Assembly: GCF_004010195.1 (NCBI RefSeq)
Contig: NC_057728.1
Location: 44,706,279-44,770,278 of the forward strand
Reading direction: 5' to 3'
From: Chiloscyllium plagiosum
Taxonomy: Eukaryota
DNA: 64,000 nt
Part shown: one piece after another, positions 1 through 12,840 of the stretch
Numbering within the stretch: the stretch's first letter is position 1
Layout: the number at the start of each line of letters is the position of its first letter
Program-made: the position numbers and the translations under genes
The notes under the pieces: generated by a model
What the model was told of the DNA's origin: nothing
Databases searched by the model: none
Seen by the model: the letters and a program-made list of their open reading frames with translations, nothing else

Positions 1-899
1 ACTCTGTTTTGTATAGCATCAAGAGTCAAATTATTGGTCTACTGACATTTCTATTCGCATAACTGGTGTAGATTGCATGATAATTTTATATATAAAAATC
101 CCAGTATTCATAAATCTGTGCTATCATTTTTATAGCACTGAGTGTAACACTCTACCATATCACACCCTGGGCTATTAAGTCCCTTGTTTATGCAAGTTGT
201 GGTTCTGTTAGTAAAATAAAACACCTCTGCAATAAACTCTCCTCACTGATCTTCTGAATGGCTCCCAAAATAGAGTTATGGAAAGTTTTCAAACTTTGGA
301 AAGGGATGCACTTTGGCTGAAACAGTTTCTTTAACTATTTATTATCCTTGCAGTTTTTCTGGGACATTCCAGAAGGGAATGTTTGATCTTTGAAAGATGA
401 ATATTTACTGCTAAAGAAAAGGACACATTTTTGCAGCTTTAAAAGCTTTCTGGTGTAATGAGAACTCGAAGGTCGTGATATTGCTGGAGAGAAGTTTCTC
501 ACCATATGTGCTGTTAGTAATTCTCTTCCTCACACTCAGCCCTCAGCTAAAATTGGCCACAAATTGCTGAAAATGCAAGTTGAAAAAATATGGCAAAAGC
601 AATGGAGATCCTGGACTTTTGGTAGCGGGGCCAATAATCCCTATCCTTAACAGATCAGATTTAAACACAGAAATGAACAAAGAGAGACATAGAAGGAACA
701 TACAAATGTAAAAAATAAGAAATTAGAAGATCGCTTTGACCCTGAAGCCTGTTCCACCATTAAATTAGATCATAGCTGATTTGTTAGTGTTGCAATTTGC
801 ACCTTCCAATCTACCCAAAATAACCTTTGATTTCCAAATGTGACTCCTTTCCTCAATATCTTTGTTTCCATTTTTGGGGATATGCTGGTCACCAATGTC

Positions 900-1790
900 C
901 ACTAAAAAGTGTGAGGTACTTCACTTCAAAATTAGTAACAGGAATGCAGAGTACTGGACTAATGGTAAAACTTTTGGCACAGTAGATGAACAGAGAGATC
1001 TCAGTGTCCAGGTGCATAAATCCCTGAAAGTTGCCTTCCAGCCTGATAGTTTTGTTAAGAAGGCATATAGTGTGTGGGCTTTTAATGGTAGGGGATTGAG
1101 TTTCGGAGCCACGAGGTCATGCTTCAGCTGTACAAGACACTGATAAGGCCGCACCTGGAGTATTGCATGCAGTTCTGGTCACTGCATTATAGGAAGGATG
1201 TGGGAACTTTGGAAAGGGTTCAGAGGAATTTTACTAGCATGTTGCCTGGTATGAAAGGAAGGTCTTACGAGGAAAGGCTAGGGAACTGAGGCTGTTTTCG
1301 TTGGAGAGAAGAAGGTTGAGAGGTGGCTTAATTGAGACGTATAAGATAATCAGAGGGTTAGGTAGGGTGGACAGTGAGAGCCTTTTCCTCAGATGGTGAA
1401 GCCTAATACAAGGGGATAAAGCTTTAAATTGAAGCAGGATAGATTTAGGACAGATATCAGGGGTAGTTTCTTTACTCAGAGAGTAGTAGGGGTGCGGAAC
1501 AGCCTGCCTGCAACAGTAATAGACTTACCAACCCTGTCTTCCTGATGAAGGGCTTTTGCCCGAAACGCGATTTTCCTGCTCCTCGGATGCTGCTTGAACT
1601 GCTGTGCTTTTCTAGCACCACTAATCCAGAATCACCAACATTAAGGACATTTAAAGGGGCATTGGACACAAATATGGTTAATAATGGAACAGTGTCAGTT
1701 AGAAGGAGATCAGATTAATTTTATAGGTTGGTGAAACATCCAGGGATGAAGGGCCTGTACTGCGCTGTAACATTCTATGTTCTATGTTCC
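900..1790 (+). mobile_element. CR1/HER1-type LINE, 5'-truncated 3' fragment (decayed RT C-terminus and 3' UTR)
   Basis: KCEVLHF and RPHLEYCMQFWS-like CR1 ORF2 motifs. 3' end gaagggcctgtactgcgctgta followed by (ttctatg)n tail. Interrupted by a pLTR at 1533-1633. Confidence 0.9.
1533..1633 (+). mobile_element. Solo Neptune-type PLE pLTR (family A) inserted in CR1
   Basis: Matches the 3' end of the PLE at 11186-11318. CTGATGA..GAAAC hammerhead-like core. Flanked by accaac (1527-1532 and 1634-1639). Confidence 0.85.
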
Positions 1791-1819
1791 AAGCCAACTG
1801 ACTCTTGACTATATACTCT

Positions 1820-3125
1820 TACATCCTGCTTCTTGTAAAGACTATTCCAGTTCCTCTGTCTCTGTCACACCTGTTCTGAAGAAACTTTGAAAAGGGGGCA
1901 TCCGAAATGTTCACCTTCTTCCTCAACTGAAAATTCCCCAGCACTGTGGTTGACAGGGCCCTCAAGTGGGTCCAACCCATCTCCCACATTTCAGCCCTCA
2001 CCTCATCTCCTCCTACTCACAACAGCTATTCACCTACTAGCCCACCTGCATCAAAATCCAGAGGATCATTAGCCACCATTTCTGCCACCAGATGCATGTT
2101 CCCCTCCCCTCCCTTGTCAGTGATTATTTTTCATGGGACATCCTGGTTGACTCCTTCTTCATATCCAATAACTCTCCACCCCCGCCCCCTGCCATGGCAC
2201 CTTTCCCTGCAACTGCAGAAGGTGTAACACCTGCCCATTTACTTCCTCCCTCCTGAGTGTCCAATACCCCAAATGCACCTTCCAGGTGAATCAGTGCTTT
2301 ACCTGCATTTCACTCAATTTAGTCTCTTGAATTCACTGCTCACAATGTGGTCTCCTGTGCAGCAATATCCTGACCATCAAGTTGTCATTTAACCAGAAAG
2401 CCTTTAAAGCTGCAAAAAGGTGTCCTGATCTTTAGCAATAAATATTCATCTTTTAAAGATCAAATATTCCCTTCTGGAATGTTCCAGAAAAATTAAGCTT
2501 AGACTGGGTGATCGCTTTTCAGAACACCTCCGTTCTGTGCACAAAACAGACTCTGAGTTTCCTGCTGCCTGCCACTTCAACACATCACCCTGTTCCCTGC
2601 CAAACATTTCTGTCTCAGGCTTGCTGCAATGCTCCAACAAAGCTCAGCACAAGCTAAAAGAACAACATTTCATTTTCCACTTGGGAACGCTACAGCCTTC
2701 TGGACTCAATATGGAGTTCAACAATTTTAGGGCTTCAGGCACCTTCTCCTTACCCCAACCCCTAAACATGAGGCCTTAGTACACATGGTCTGCTGTTACC
2801 CACAACCCCCACTGTTACCCACAGTCCCCATTACCAGTTATTCATTCTCCTTGGCTCATTGTTATCCACTCCTTTGTCTATTCAACCGTTCTTCTCTCTC
2901 TCTTTGTTCTCTATCTCCACCTACTAATTACTCCTATCCCCCTCCACCCACCCTACCTTCTGCATTAAAAAAAAACTTTTACTGGCTACCATCAGGTTTG
3001 CAGAAGAGCCACTGGACCCAAAATGTTAACTCTGATTTCTCTCCACAGCTGCTGCCAGACCTGTTGAATTTTTCCAGCAATTTCTGTTTTGTTTCTGGTT
3101 TACAGCATCTGCAGTTCTTTTAGTT
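1820..3125 (+). mobile_element. Older Neptune-type PLE (family B), decayed 3' part with GIY-YIG remnant and pLTR
   Basis: Collinear with the element at 10095-11318 (HFN..P, EQHFIFHLGTLQPSGLN C-terminus). Ends in the ccagcaatttctg...cagcatctgcagttc pLTR. Confidence 0.8.
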
Positions 3126-3139
3126 TGCTAATCTTTGAT

Positions 3140-4075
3140 TCTCTGTGCCCGACAAAAATCGAGGCATTTCAGCCTGAAAAATGTTCACTGGCCTCACCTC
3201 TTTTGATACAGAGCATTCCCAAGTTGCACCAACCCACAGAGGCAAAACAAAATTCCTCAGCACTGCCCTAAATCGGTGACCCTTAATTTTTTTTAAAAGA
3301 GTTCAACGTTCTCGAGTCCTGGTTCTGGAAAGAGGAAACATGCTTTCCATTGTCTGCCTTGTCAAGAGCATTCAGGATCTTACACACTTCAGTCTCGTCA
3401 ACCTGAGTCTTCTGACTTCCAGTGAAAACAAGCCCAGTCTATCCAACATTTTCTTATAAAACAACCTGCTCATTCCAGGTATAAGGAGACTCTGAGGACT
3501 GCAGATGCTGAAGATCAGAGTCGAGAGTGTACTGCTGGAAAAGCACAGCAGGTCAGGCAGCATCCGAGGAGCAGGAGAATCGACGTTTTGGGCATAAGCC
3601 CCTCATCAGGATAACTGAAGCAAAGTATCCTTACATTTACATTCAATTCTCATATTAAAGGATAGCATTCCATTGACCGCTATTAGCTGCTGTGCCTGCA
3701 TACTAACATATCGTGACTCGTATATTAAACTACCTAGATCCACTGGAACCTTGGAATGCTACAGTCATTCTGTTTAAGTAACAGTGCTTTTGTTATTCTT
3801 CGTGCCAAAGTGAATAACTTCACATTTTCATACATTATCCTCCATCTGCCGTATTTTGCCCAGTCACTCAAGCTACCTACATTGGTCTGCAATCCTATCA
3901 TGCCCTCTCCAAAACATTTATTTTCTGCTTATCTTTGTTTTATGTAATATTTAGCTGCTATATGTGGACACCCTTCATCTAAGGCATTTGTATAAATAAT
4001 AAAAAGTTTTAGCCTGGCACAAACTGCATTGAGATCCCAATCACCACATCTGCTAATCAGACAAAGATTCATATG
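3140..4075 (-). mobile_element. Old CR1 LINE fragment, interrupted by a pLTR
   Basis: Minus-strand LDRLGLFSLEVRRLR motif and a decayed KCEVIHFG-like region. Confidence 0.65.
3485..3612 (-). mobile_element. Solo family A pLTR with tail
   Basis: Reverse complement reads cctgatgaggggcttatgcccaaaacgtcgattctcctgctcctcggatgctg...cagcatctgcagtcctc. Confidence 0.85.
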
Positions 4076-4544
4076 CAACGACACAGGGTGGTCTTAGGCA
4101 GATTCAGTTACCATTGCAGTAGCCACAATTCAATGATTTAAAAAACTTTTTCAATTATTCAGTGTCCAATGTGGTAAATATCTGAAAGAGTTAAAGCTTG
4201 ACATCATTTTAATACATCAGCAGAAATGGAAGACCAGTTTAACTGACTTTGGTCATAAGATATTGTTTGTGCAGAAGAAGATGCAATTGAAGATATGGGG
4301 AAAAGAAACACAGTAAGAGAATGGTCACAACCTTATGAAAAAGTGACCTCATCTAACAAGCAGTGCATTAAAATGTCCAGTCTCACCAGAAACAGGTTAT
4401 TAATGCATGAAAATGTGGGTTAAAAATATGGCTGCTTATGGGATGTTAACATTATTAGCAAGGCCAGCATTTATAATACATCCCTAATGCTTACCGTGAT
4501 GTTGAGCCTCATTCTTAAACTACTGATGTTGGCATGGTGATGGA

Positions 4545-4975
4545 GCACCTTGTCAAATGCATTTTGGAACTGCAAGTTCAATATGTTAACCAAGGCTTCT
4601 TTATCCACAGCATATCCCTGACCCTAACACCCTTCAAAAAACACCAGTAAATTAAGTACACTTTTCGAAAGCTGTGCTGTCTCTTCCCAATTACCCTGAG
4701 TATTTTTTAAAAGCACTTAGCTATAATCTCCTTAATCGATTATAGCACCTCTTCATGATGCATCAAGCTAATTGACTGGTAGTATCCTATTTTCTGCCTC
4801 CATCCATTCTTGATTAGAGAGGTTATAGTTGTTACTTTCCATCAAATGAAATCTTTCTAGTTTCTAGAAAACTTTAGAAGATTAATACCAACATTAGCCA
4901 TCTCTGGTAAGACCCAAGGATAAAGTCCATCAAGACATTCCAATTTAGAACTCCAGCTCCATCAGTTTGACCAGT
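4545..4975 (-). mobile_element. Old CR1 RT fragment
   Basis: tgtcaaatgcattttggaa is the antisense of FQxAFD. A decayed YRPISL-like region lies nearby. Confidence 0.55.
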
Positions 4976-5354
4976 CCTGTTTTATGTAACTTCACCAAGG
5001 TTCTCCATCTTCTTATCTACTATTAACTCCGCACTGTCACTTTCTGAAGGACAAATACTTTACTTACACTTCTTTTTAGAAGCTCCTAGAGAAACTCTTA
5101 TTTTAAACAGTGTATGGGATGTGGACATCACAGACCAGCATTTATAACTTATTTAGAATGGTGTTTAAGTCTGGATGAGGGCAAAACAATATGTTTCAAC
5201 TTCTTGCCTCCTTTCAGAAATGTTTAAGAGTGAATTAAGGTCTAATTACATTAAAAGGGAAGGAGAGAGAAAAGAATGTTTAAGGGAGAGAAGGAAAAAT
5301 AAGACCAAAAAAAATTAATAAAAGGAAGAGTAGGCAGAGAGCAGATGAATGCAA

Positions 5355-5772
5355 AAGAACTAGTGGCATGAAATGCATCTACTTTAATGAAAGGAGTATA
5401 GTGTGTAGGGCAGAAGAACTTAGGGCTTGGATTGGTGCCTGGGAGAATGATGTTATTGCAATCACCGAGACTTGGTTGAAGGAAGGGCATGATGATCAGC
5501 AATTAAATGTTCCAGGATGTAGAAAAAAAACTTCACACAGAGGGTGGTGGGCATTTGGAACGCATTGCCAGCAGAGATGGTAGAGGCAGGCATGGTAGAT
5601 TCATTTAAGGTGCATCTGAATAAATGCATGAGTAGATGGGGAGTAGAGGGATACAGATGCTTAGGAATTGACCAAAAGGTTTAGACAGTACATTTGGATC
5701 GGCTCAAGCTTGGAGGGCTGAAGGGCCTGTTCCTGGGATGTAAAATTTCTTTATTCTTTGTTCTTTATTCTA
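5355..5772 (+). mobile_element. Internally deleted CR1: APE endonuclease N-terminus fused to the 3' end
   Basis: MKCIYFNERSI..ELRAWI..DVIAITETWL..LNVPG joined at ~5520 to the FTQRVV..WNALP 3' region, the gaagggcctgtt 3' UTR and a (ttcttt)n tail. Confidence 0.85.
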
Positions 5773-5814
5773 AAAATTGAGGGACAATTTTAAAAACAGC
5801 AAGACCATTATATA

Positions 5815-7010
5815 TAGGAACAAAATTAGACCATTTGGCCCATTGAGTCTACACCACCATTTGAGCATGTTTTTCAACCCCATTCTCCTACCTTCTCCCT
5901 GTAACCTTTGATCCCCTTACTAATAAAGAATCTTTTTTTCTCAATTTTAAGTACACTCAATGACTTGGCCTCTCAACCCTCTGCGCCAACGAGTTTCAAA
6001 GATTCACCACTCTCTCACTGAAGAAATTCATTTCAGTTCTAATAGGTCATTCCCTTCACTCTGAGGTGGTGCCCATGGAACCCTAGTCTCTCCTACTAAT
6101 GAAAACATCTTCTCCACATCCAGACCTCTCAGCATTCTGTGAGTTTCAATAATCATTCTTCTAAACTCCATCGAGTACAGACACAGAATCCTTAAATGCT
6201 CCTCATATAATTTACCCTTCATCCCCGAGATCAATCTTGTGAACATCCACTGGACTCCTCAAATGCCAGCATGTTTTTCTTTAGATATGGGTCACAAAAC
6301 TGCTCACAATAATCCAAAGTGATCTAACCAGACCCCTAAACAGCCTCAGCGGTATATCTCTGCTCTTATATTCTAGCCATCTTGAAATGAATGCTGGAAT
6401 TGAGTTTGCCTTCCTAACTGCCAATGTTAGCCTGAAGAGGATTTTAGATTACTTACAGTGTGGAAACAGGCCCTTCGGCCCAACAACTCCACACCAACCC
6501 GCCGAAGCACAACCCATCCGGACCCATTCCCCTACATTTACCCCTTCACCTAACACTACAGGCAATTTAGCATGGCCAATTCACCTGACCTGCACATTTT
6601 TGGATTGTGGGAGGAAACCGGAGCACCCGGAGAAAACCCACGCATATTCCACCCTGAACTTAATTTCCCAATGAATTCTGAACCAATCTCTTTGTAGTGA
6701 TTGGAATCATGGCCAGGTGGATCTCATGCGCATGTGCAAACTCCACACAGTCAGTCGCCTGAGGCGGGAATTGAACTCGGGTCTCTAGCGCTGCGAGGCA
6801 GCAGTGCTAACCACTGTGCCACCGTGCCGCGCAATTTTGAATTAGGACTCCTAAACCTTTCCCCATTTAGATAATAGTGAACATCCCCATTCTTTGTATC
6901 AAAGAGCATAACCTCACATTCCCAAATTTTATTCCATGTGCTACTTCTTTGTCCACTCACCGAGCACATCCAAATCCTTCTGCAGCCTCCCCACTTCCAC
7001 AACACTACCT
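5815..7010 (-). mobile_element. CR1 LINE 3' fragment, interrupted by a SINE
   Basis: Minus ORF FTRLISGMKGKLYEEHLRILCLYSMEFRRM and a CEVMLF motif. Confidence 0.8.
6444..6830 (-). mobile_element. HE1-like tRNA-derived V-SINE with an 82-bp internal insertion
   Basis: Antisense A box (gtggcacagtggttagc) and B box (gagttcaattcc). V-domain core gcaatttagcatggccaattcacctgacctgcac. CR1-like 3' end and (tctaa) tail. Confidence 0.9.
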
Positions 7011-7347
7011 ATCCCTCCATGTGGAGTGAGACTGGAGTTTCAATTAATCCTTTCCTGGTCTAAAGATGTTTAGTTGCATTTAAGAATAATAAATCTCATC
7101 TATAAAAAAATTCTTGTGTTCTGAAATACCAACCCTAACTTTCTGTGGTAATTATGATTTGTTTTAATAGCATGGATGCAGTGATTTCTCATAACTCACA
7201 GTGAGACTAACGATGGTATGTTTGTAATTATCCAGCAATTTGTAATGATTTGCAGCTCTCATTTTATGTCCTCACCTATCTGATGGGACACATGTAATAG
7301 ATTCCACCCTGAACTTAATTTCCCAATGAATTCTGAACCAATCTCTT

Positions 7348-7572
7348 TGTAGTGATTGGAATCATGGCCAGGTGGATCTCATTGACTATGAGCTTATGAT
7401 TGGGGTTGTTAACCTAGACCAATCAGGGAGCTCTAGCTGACAGATGTAAACAGGAGATTCAGAAGGTCCCCTCAGTCCAAGGACTGGCTTTGAGCTGGCT
7501 GGTCACATCCATCTACAGTGCACATGTGGATAAAAGGCGACTTGCTGGTGAGATACTGGCCTCAGTTATTTC
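7348..7572 (+). mobile_element. Probable solo LTR
   Basis: Starts TG. Homologous to the TG...CA element at 47912-48134 (gacagat(g/a)taaacaggag, ataaaagg(c/t)gactt, gatact(g/a)gcctc). Confidence 0.55.
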
Positions 7573-9704
7573 TTCTTCCTGTGCCTAAATCATGATACAG
7601 AACTTGGAAGGAGGCACTATTAGCACTGGAACAGATACCATCCTGTTATGTACTGTACATATTAAGCATTTAGTAAATTATATTTAATCGCCAGCAAAAG
7701 TGTGACAGTATGTTTTTAACTTTGCTCATTCCCAAGCTGCTAAAGATTTCAGGAAGTGGACAACATTGTTGAATAAATACACCAGAGAACCTGAGGGAAT
7801 AACGTATACTAGCATTCCTAAAGGAAACTATTAAATAAGTGTTAAGAAGGAATGAGCCTGTCATTTTACATTAGTGTCGGGCATTGGCTTTATCACCCAT
7901 ATCAGAAAGTTCATCTGGAATTAAAATGTACAATGCTGTGTAAAACCAGATTTATTGTTCTGTTGCCTGTCAGTTGTTTGTTAAGCATGGGAAACATGCA
8001 AACTGCGCACATATCTATTCCTCTCCAAATTAGTTCCACTTTCCCTTAGAATTAAAACAGCTGAGAGAGTGGGAATAGTTTGCACAGGCAATAGATCTAC
8101 TGTAAAAAAAGTCACAAGCAACTTTAACCAGCAGTGTTTTTGCTGAAGAGAAGAAGAGATGGGAAAAACAAACAGATGATTGGGTTCAGGGATGATGCAA
8201 AATTTGTTTTACAAATATATGTATCAGTGACCATGGCCTCAGTGAAAACCAGTATGTTACAGCTTGGCTATAATGTGAAAGGTAATTTTCAATTTGTACA
8301 TCTAAAATATATTGCATCAAACAACAATGATCAGATGGTACTCTTATCAGAATCTAACTGACCAGTGCATTAAGCTACAATGTAACTAGGGCCTTCTGAG
8401 CAGTTTCTGGAGACATTACTGAAGTCAATCAGTATCGGTTAATTGTGATATCACAGGCTCTAGTAGCATTTTACTCCGAGTTAGATTTTGATGTTGTGCA
8501 ATGGTATAAAATTTGTCATAGCGAGTCAGTAGGCTGTTTTACATTTCTCCTCTTCTGATTTTTATTTCATTTGGCATTGATGGAAATAAAAAGGGCAGTG
8601 GTGTAAAACAGGCCTCTTTCTGGTTTTATGTGATCACACAAAATTATGATAGTTTCCATACAGTTCAATATCACACTGAAGTTAACAGTTGGACGGGCAG
8701 ACACCTGTTTTATTTTAGATGTGACATTTCCTAGCAAGTACAATGTAGCACTGATTGTATTTGCATCAGGACTGTCAATAGAAAGTATTCATTGTTCATT
8801 TAACGCAGATGATGTATGACTGCGTTTAGTATATTTATTCAAGTAACCACTTGCCTCCTGGGTTCTGTTTATAATAAATATATTCTGATGGAATCAAGGA
8901 TTCAAAGCTATTTGAGTGAGGTTTCTCCTTGAGAGACATATGGCCTGATTTTTAGTGCCCTGCTGGAGCTGGGATACTTTAGTGGACCAGATGGCTATTT
9001 TTTGGTCTGGGAGATGATTTGTATGATATTCCCCAAGGGTCAATTTTGAATCCATTGCTCTTTTCAATTTTGAAAATACATTAGACTTGGGTGTAGGGAA
9101 CAATATTATAAAGCTTGGAGATGATTGGAAACTTCAAAAAACAATAGATAGTAATGAGGAGATAATGTAGATTATTGGACAAGACACTGGAACCTCCTTA
9201 GTGCAGATGGTTTGGATGGAGCTGTTTTTGTCAGGTATGTTCAGGAGGCTTTCTTTACTCAGTATGTAGACAGATCAATGAGGGGAGAGGCTGTTTTGGA
9301 TTTGGTACTCAGCAAACAGGTGTCAGATCTCACGGTGGGCAAATACTTTGGTGACTGTGACCATAACTGCCTCACATTTACCATAGCCATGGAGAGGGAA
9401 AGGAGCAGTTACTATGTGAAGATATTTAATTGGGGAAAAATAAATTATGATGCTATCAGACAGGAGTTGGGAAGTACAGATTGGGAGCAAGTTTTCCACA
9501 GAAAGGGCACAACAGACATACGGAGACTGTTTAAGGAGCAGTTGCTGCGAGTGATGTACAAATTTGTTCCTGAGACAGGCAAGAAGGGGTAAGATTAAGG
9601 AGCCTTGGATGATGAAAACAGAGGAGCTTCTCATCAAAAGGAAGAAGGCAGCTTTCATAAGGTGGAGGAAGCAAGGGTCGAGCACAGCTTGAGAGGATTA
9701 CAGG

Positions 9705-9843
9705 ATCAGTGGTGCTGGAAGAGCTTTTGCCCGAAACGTCGATTTCGCTGCTCGTTGGATGCTGCCTGAATTGCTGTGCTCTTCCAGCACCACTGATCCA
9801 GAATCTGATTTCCAGCATCTGCAGTCATTGTTTTTACCACCTT
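9705..9843 (+). mobile_element. Family A pLTR mini-insertion with short inverted arm and 12-bp TSD
   Basis: TSD gaggattacagg at 9693-9704 and 9844-9855. 9703-9724 is the exact reverse complement of 9778-9799. Confidence 0.9.
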
Positions 9844-10358
9844 GAGGATTACAGGCTTACTAGAAAGGAGCTCAAAAAATGGACTGAAAAGAGACAGGAG
9901 GGGGGATGAAAAAGGCTTGGTGGGAAGTATTAGGGAGAACCCGAAGGCATTTCATTTATGTGAGGAATAATCGGAGGCGGGGGGTGGGGGGTGGGAAATG
10001 GTAGGGCCAGTCAGGGATAGCATAGGGAACTTGTGCGTGGAGTCTGAGCAGATAAGGGAAGCCCTAAATGAATACTTTGCTTCGGTTTCACCAACTCCCA
10101 CAGATACCAGTATTACACCTATTCCCACCCTAACTCCTGCAAAAATGCAATCCTGTATTCCCAATTCCTCTGCCTCCGCCATATCTGCTCCCAGGAGGAC
10201 CAGTTCCACCACAGAACACACCAGATGGCCTCCTTCTTTAGAGACCACAATTTCCCTTCCCACGTGGTTAAAGATGCCCTCCAACGCATCTCATCCACAT
10301 CCCGTCCCTGCCCCCTCAAACCACACCCCTCCAACCTTAACAAAGACAGAACCCCCCG

Positions 10359-10850
10359 GTGCTCACCTTCCACCCTACCAATCTTCGCATACACGACATC
10401 ATTGACGACATTTCCGCCACTTCCAAAAAGACCCCACCACCAGGGATTGATTTCCCTCCATTCATTTCTGCTTTCTGCAAAGATCGTTCCCTCCGTGACT
10501 ACCTGGTCAGGTCCACGCCCCCCCCCTACAACCCACCCTCCCTTCCTGGAACCCTCCCCTGCCACCGCAGGAATTGCAATACCTGCACCCACACCTCCTC
10601 CCTCACCTCCATCCAAGGCCCCAAAGGAGCTTTCCACATCCATCAACATTTTACCTGCACATCTATCAATCTCATTTATTGTATCCGTTGCTCCCGATGC
10701 GGTCTCCTCTACATTGGGGAGACTGGACGCCTCCTAGCAGAGCACTTTAGGGAACATCTCCGGGACACCCGCTCCTGTCAACCCCACCGCCCTGTGTCCC
10801 AACATTTCAACTCCCTCTCTCCCACTCTGCTGAGGACATGCAGGTCCTGA
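10359..10850 (+). pseudogene. PLE GIY-YIG endonuclease domain (frameshifted ORF fragment)
   Basis: LIYCIRCSRCGLLYIGETGRLLAEHFREH, preceded by the Cys cluster typical of Neptune-clade PLEs. Confidence 0.88.
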
Positions 10851-11185
10851 GCCTCCTCCACCGCTGCTCCCTCACCACCTGCTGCCTGGAGGAAGAACGC
10901 CTCATCTTCTGCCTCAGAACTCTTCAACCCAGGGCCTCAACGTGGACTTCACCGGTTTTCTCATTTCCCCTTCCCCCACCTCACCCCAGCTCCAACCTAC
11001 CAGCTCAGCACTGTCCCCATGACCTGTCGTACCTACCTACCTTCCTTCCCACCTATCCACTCCACCCTCCTCTCTGACCTATCACCTCCATCCCCACCCC
11101 CAATCACCTATTGTACTCTATATTACTTTCTCCCCATCCCCAACCCCTCTTATTTATCTCTCCACTCTGTAGGCACCCTGCCTCT

Positions 11186-11221
11186 ATTCCTGATGAAGGG
11201 CTTTTGCCCGAAACGTCGATT
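11186..11221 (+). ncRNA. Minimal type I hammerhead ribozyme motif (family A, intact core)
   Basis: attc-CTGATGA-a-GGGC tttt GCCC-GAAA-CG-TC-gatt. Conserved core, 4-bp stem II, palindromic ACGT replacing stem III, GUC site. Stem I is short. Confidence 0.75.
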
Positions 11222-12840
11222 TTCCTGCTCCTCGGATGCTTCCTGACCTGCTGTGCTTTTCCAGTGCCACTCTCACCTAGACTCTGGTTTCCAGCATCTG
11301 CAGTCCTTGTTTTTACCGACTAAGGAAAGGGAACTTGTTGTGACTGAGAACTTTGAGGAGCTGGAAAATAGGCTTGAGCAGATCAACATTAAGAAGTTGA
11401 TGTGATGGAAATTTTGGCAAACATTAAAATTGATAAGCTCAGCACCAGACCAGATCCTACGCTGCTCCAGGAAGCAAGGAAGGAGGTTGCTAAGCTGCTG
11501 GCAAAGATCTCTGCTTCTTCATGAATGTTGCTCCTCTTTTCCACAAGGGTAATAGGGAAATCCCTGGCAATTACAGAACAGTCAATTGTATTGGGTTTTG
11601 AGAAGATTTGTAGCTCAGGTTGAGGTTCTGTATGTAGGTTTGCTAATTGAGCTGGACGGTTTCTTTTCAGACCTTTCATCACCATATTAGGTAACATCTT
11701 CAGTGAGCCTCCAAACGAAGGACTGGTGGTGTAGCCTGCTTTCTATATATATGTTTGCATTTCCTTGGGTTGGTGATGTCCTTTATTGTGGTGACATAAT
11801 TTCCTATGGTGATGTCATTTCCTGTTCTCTTTCTCAGGGGATGGTAAATGGGATCCAAGTCAATGTGTTGGATAGAGTCCTGGATGGAATGCCATGCTCC
11901 TAGGAATTCTTGTGCCTGTCTCTATTTGGCTTGTCCAAGGATGGATGTGTTGTCCCAGTCGAAGTGGTGTTCTTACTCTCAATTGTATCCTTACATACAG
12001 ATGAGGATGTCATGTCATGTTGTGGCTAATTGATGTTCGTGTATCCTGGTGGCAAGTTTTGTCTGTTTGTCCAATGTAGTGTTTTGTTACAGTTCTTACA
12101 AGGCATTTTGTAGATGACATTCAAGTTCATTAGCTGCTGTTTTAGTGTGTTGGTAACCATGTTGCCAAGGGGTCTGAGTAGCCTGGCAGTCATTTCCGAG
12201 ATGTCTTTGATGTAGGGGAGATTGGCTCGGGTTTCTGGATGTGTTTTGTCTGCTTGTTTGGGTTTGTTGCTCAGAAATCGACGGACGGTGTTCATTGGGT
12301 ACCCGTTCATTTTTAATACATTGTATCGGTGATTTTCCTCTGCTCTGCATAGTTCCTCTGTGCTGCAATGTGTGGTGGCTCAATGAAATAATGTTCTAAT
12401 GCAGCTTCATTTGTGGATGTTGGGATGATTGCTTCGGCGGTTCAATATTTGGTCCGTATGTGTTGTTTTCCTATAGACGCTGGTTTGAAGTTCCCCTTTG
12501 GCTGTTTGTTCTACTGTAACATCTAGGAATGGCAGTTTGTTGTTGCTTTCCCCCTCTTTCATGAATTTTATGCCAGTGAGGGTATTATTGATGGTCTTGA
12601 ATGTTTCCTCTAATTTGTTTCGTTTAGTGATGACAAAGGTGTCATCCACATGGCGGATCCAAACAGGCAGAAAACTAGCCACCACGATACATGAACATCA
12701 ACTAGCCACAAAACGACATTACACACTCTCACTTAGTATCCTTACATACGGATGAGGAAGGACACCACTTCAACTAGGACAAGCCAAACAGACACGCACA
12801 AGAATTCCTAGAAGCAGAGCATTCCAAGGGGAACTCTCTC

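Larger units (their letters stand above)
10095..11318 (+). mobile_element. Neptune-type Penelope-like element, 5'-truncated, with pLTR
   Basis: RT-thumb remnant, Cys-rich linker CHRRNCNTC, GIY-YIG motif NLIYCIRCSRCGLLYIGETGR..HFREH, LEEERLIF C-terminus, hammerhead-bearing terminus. Confidence 0.92.
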
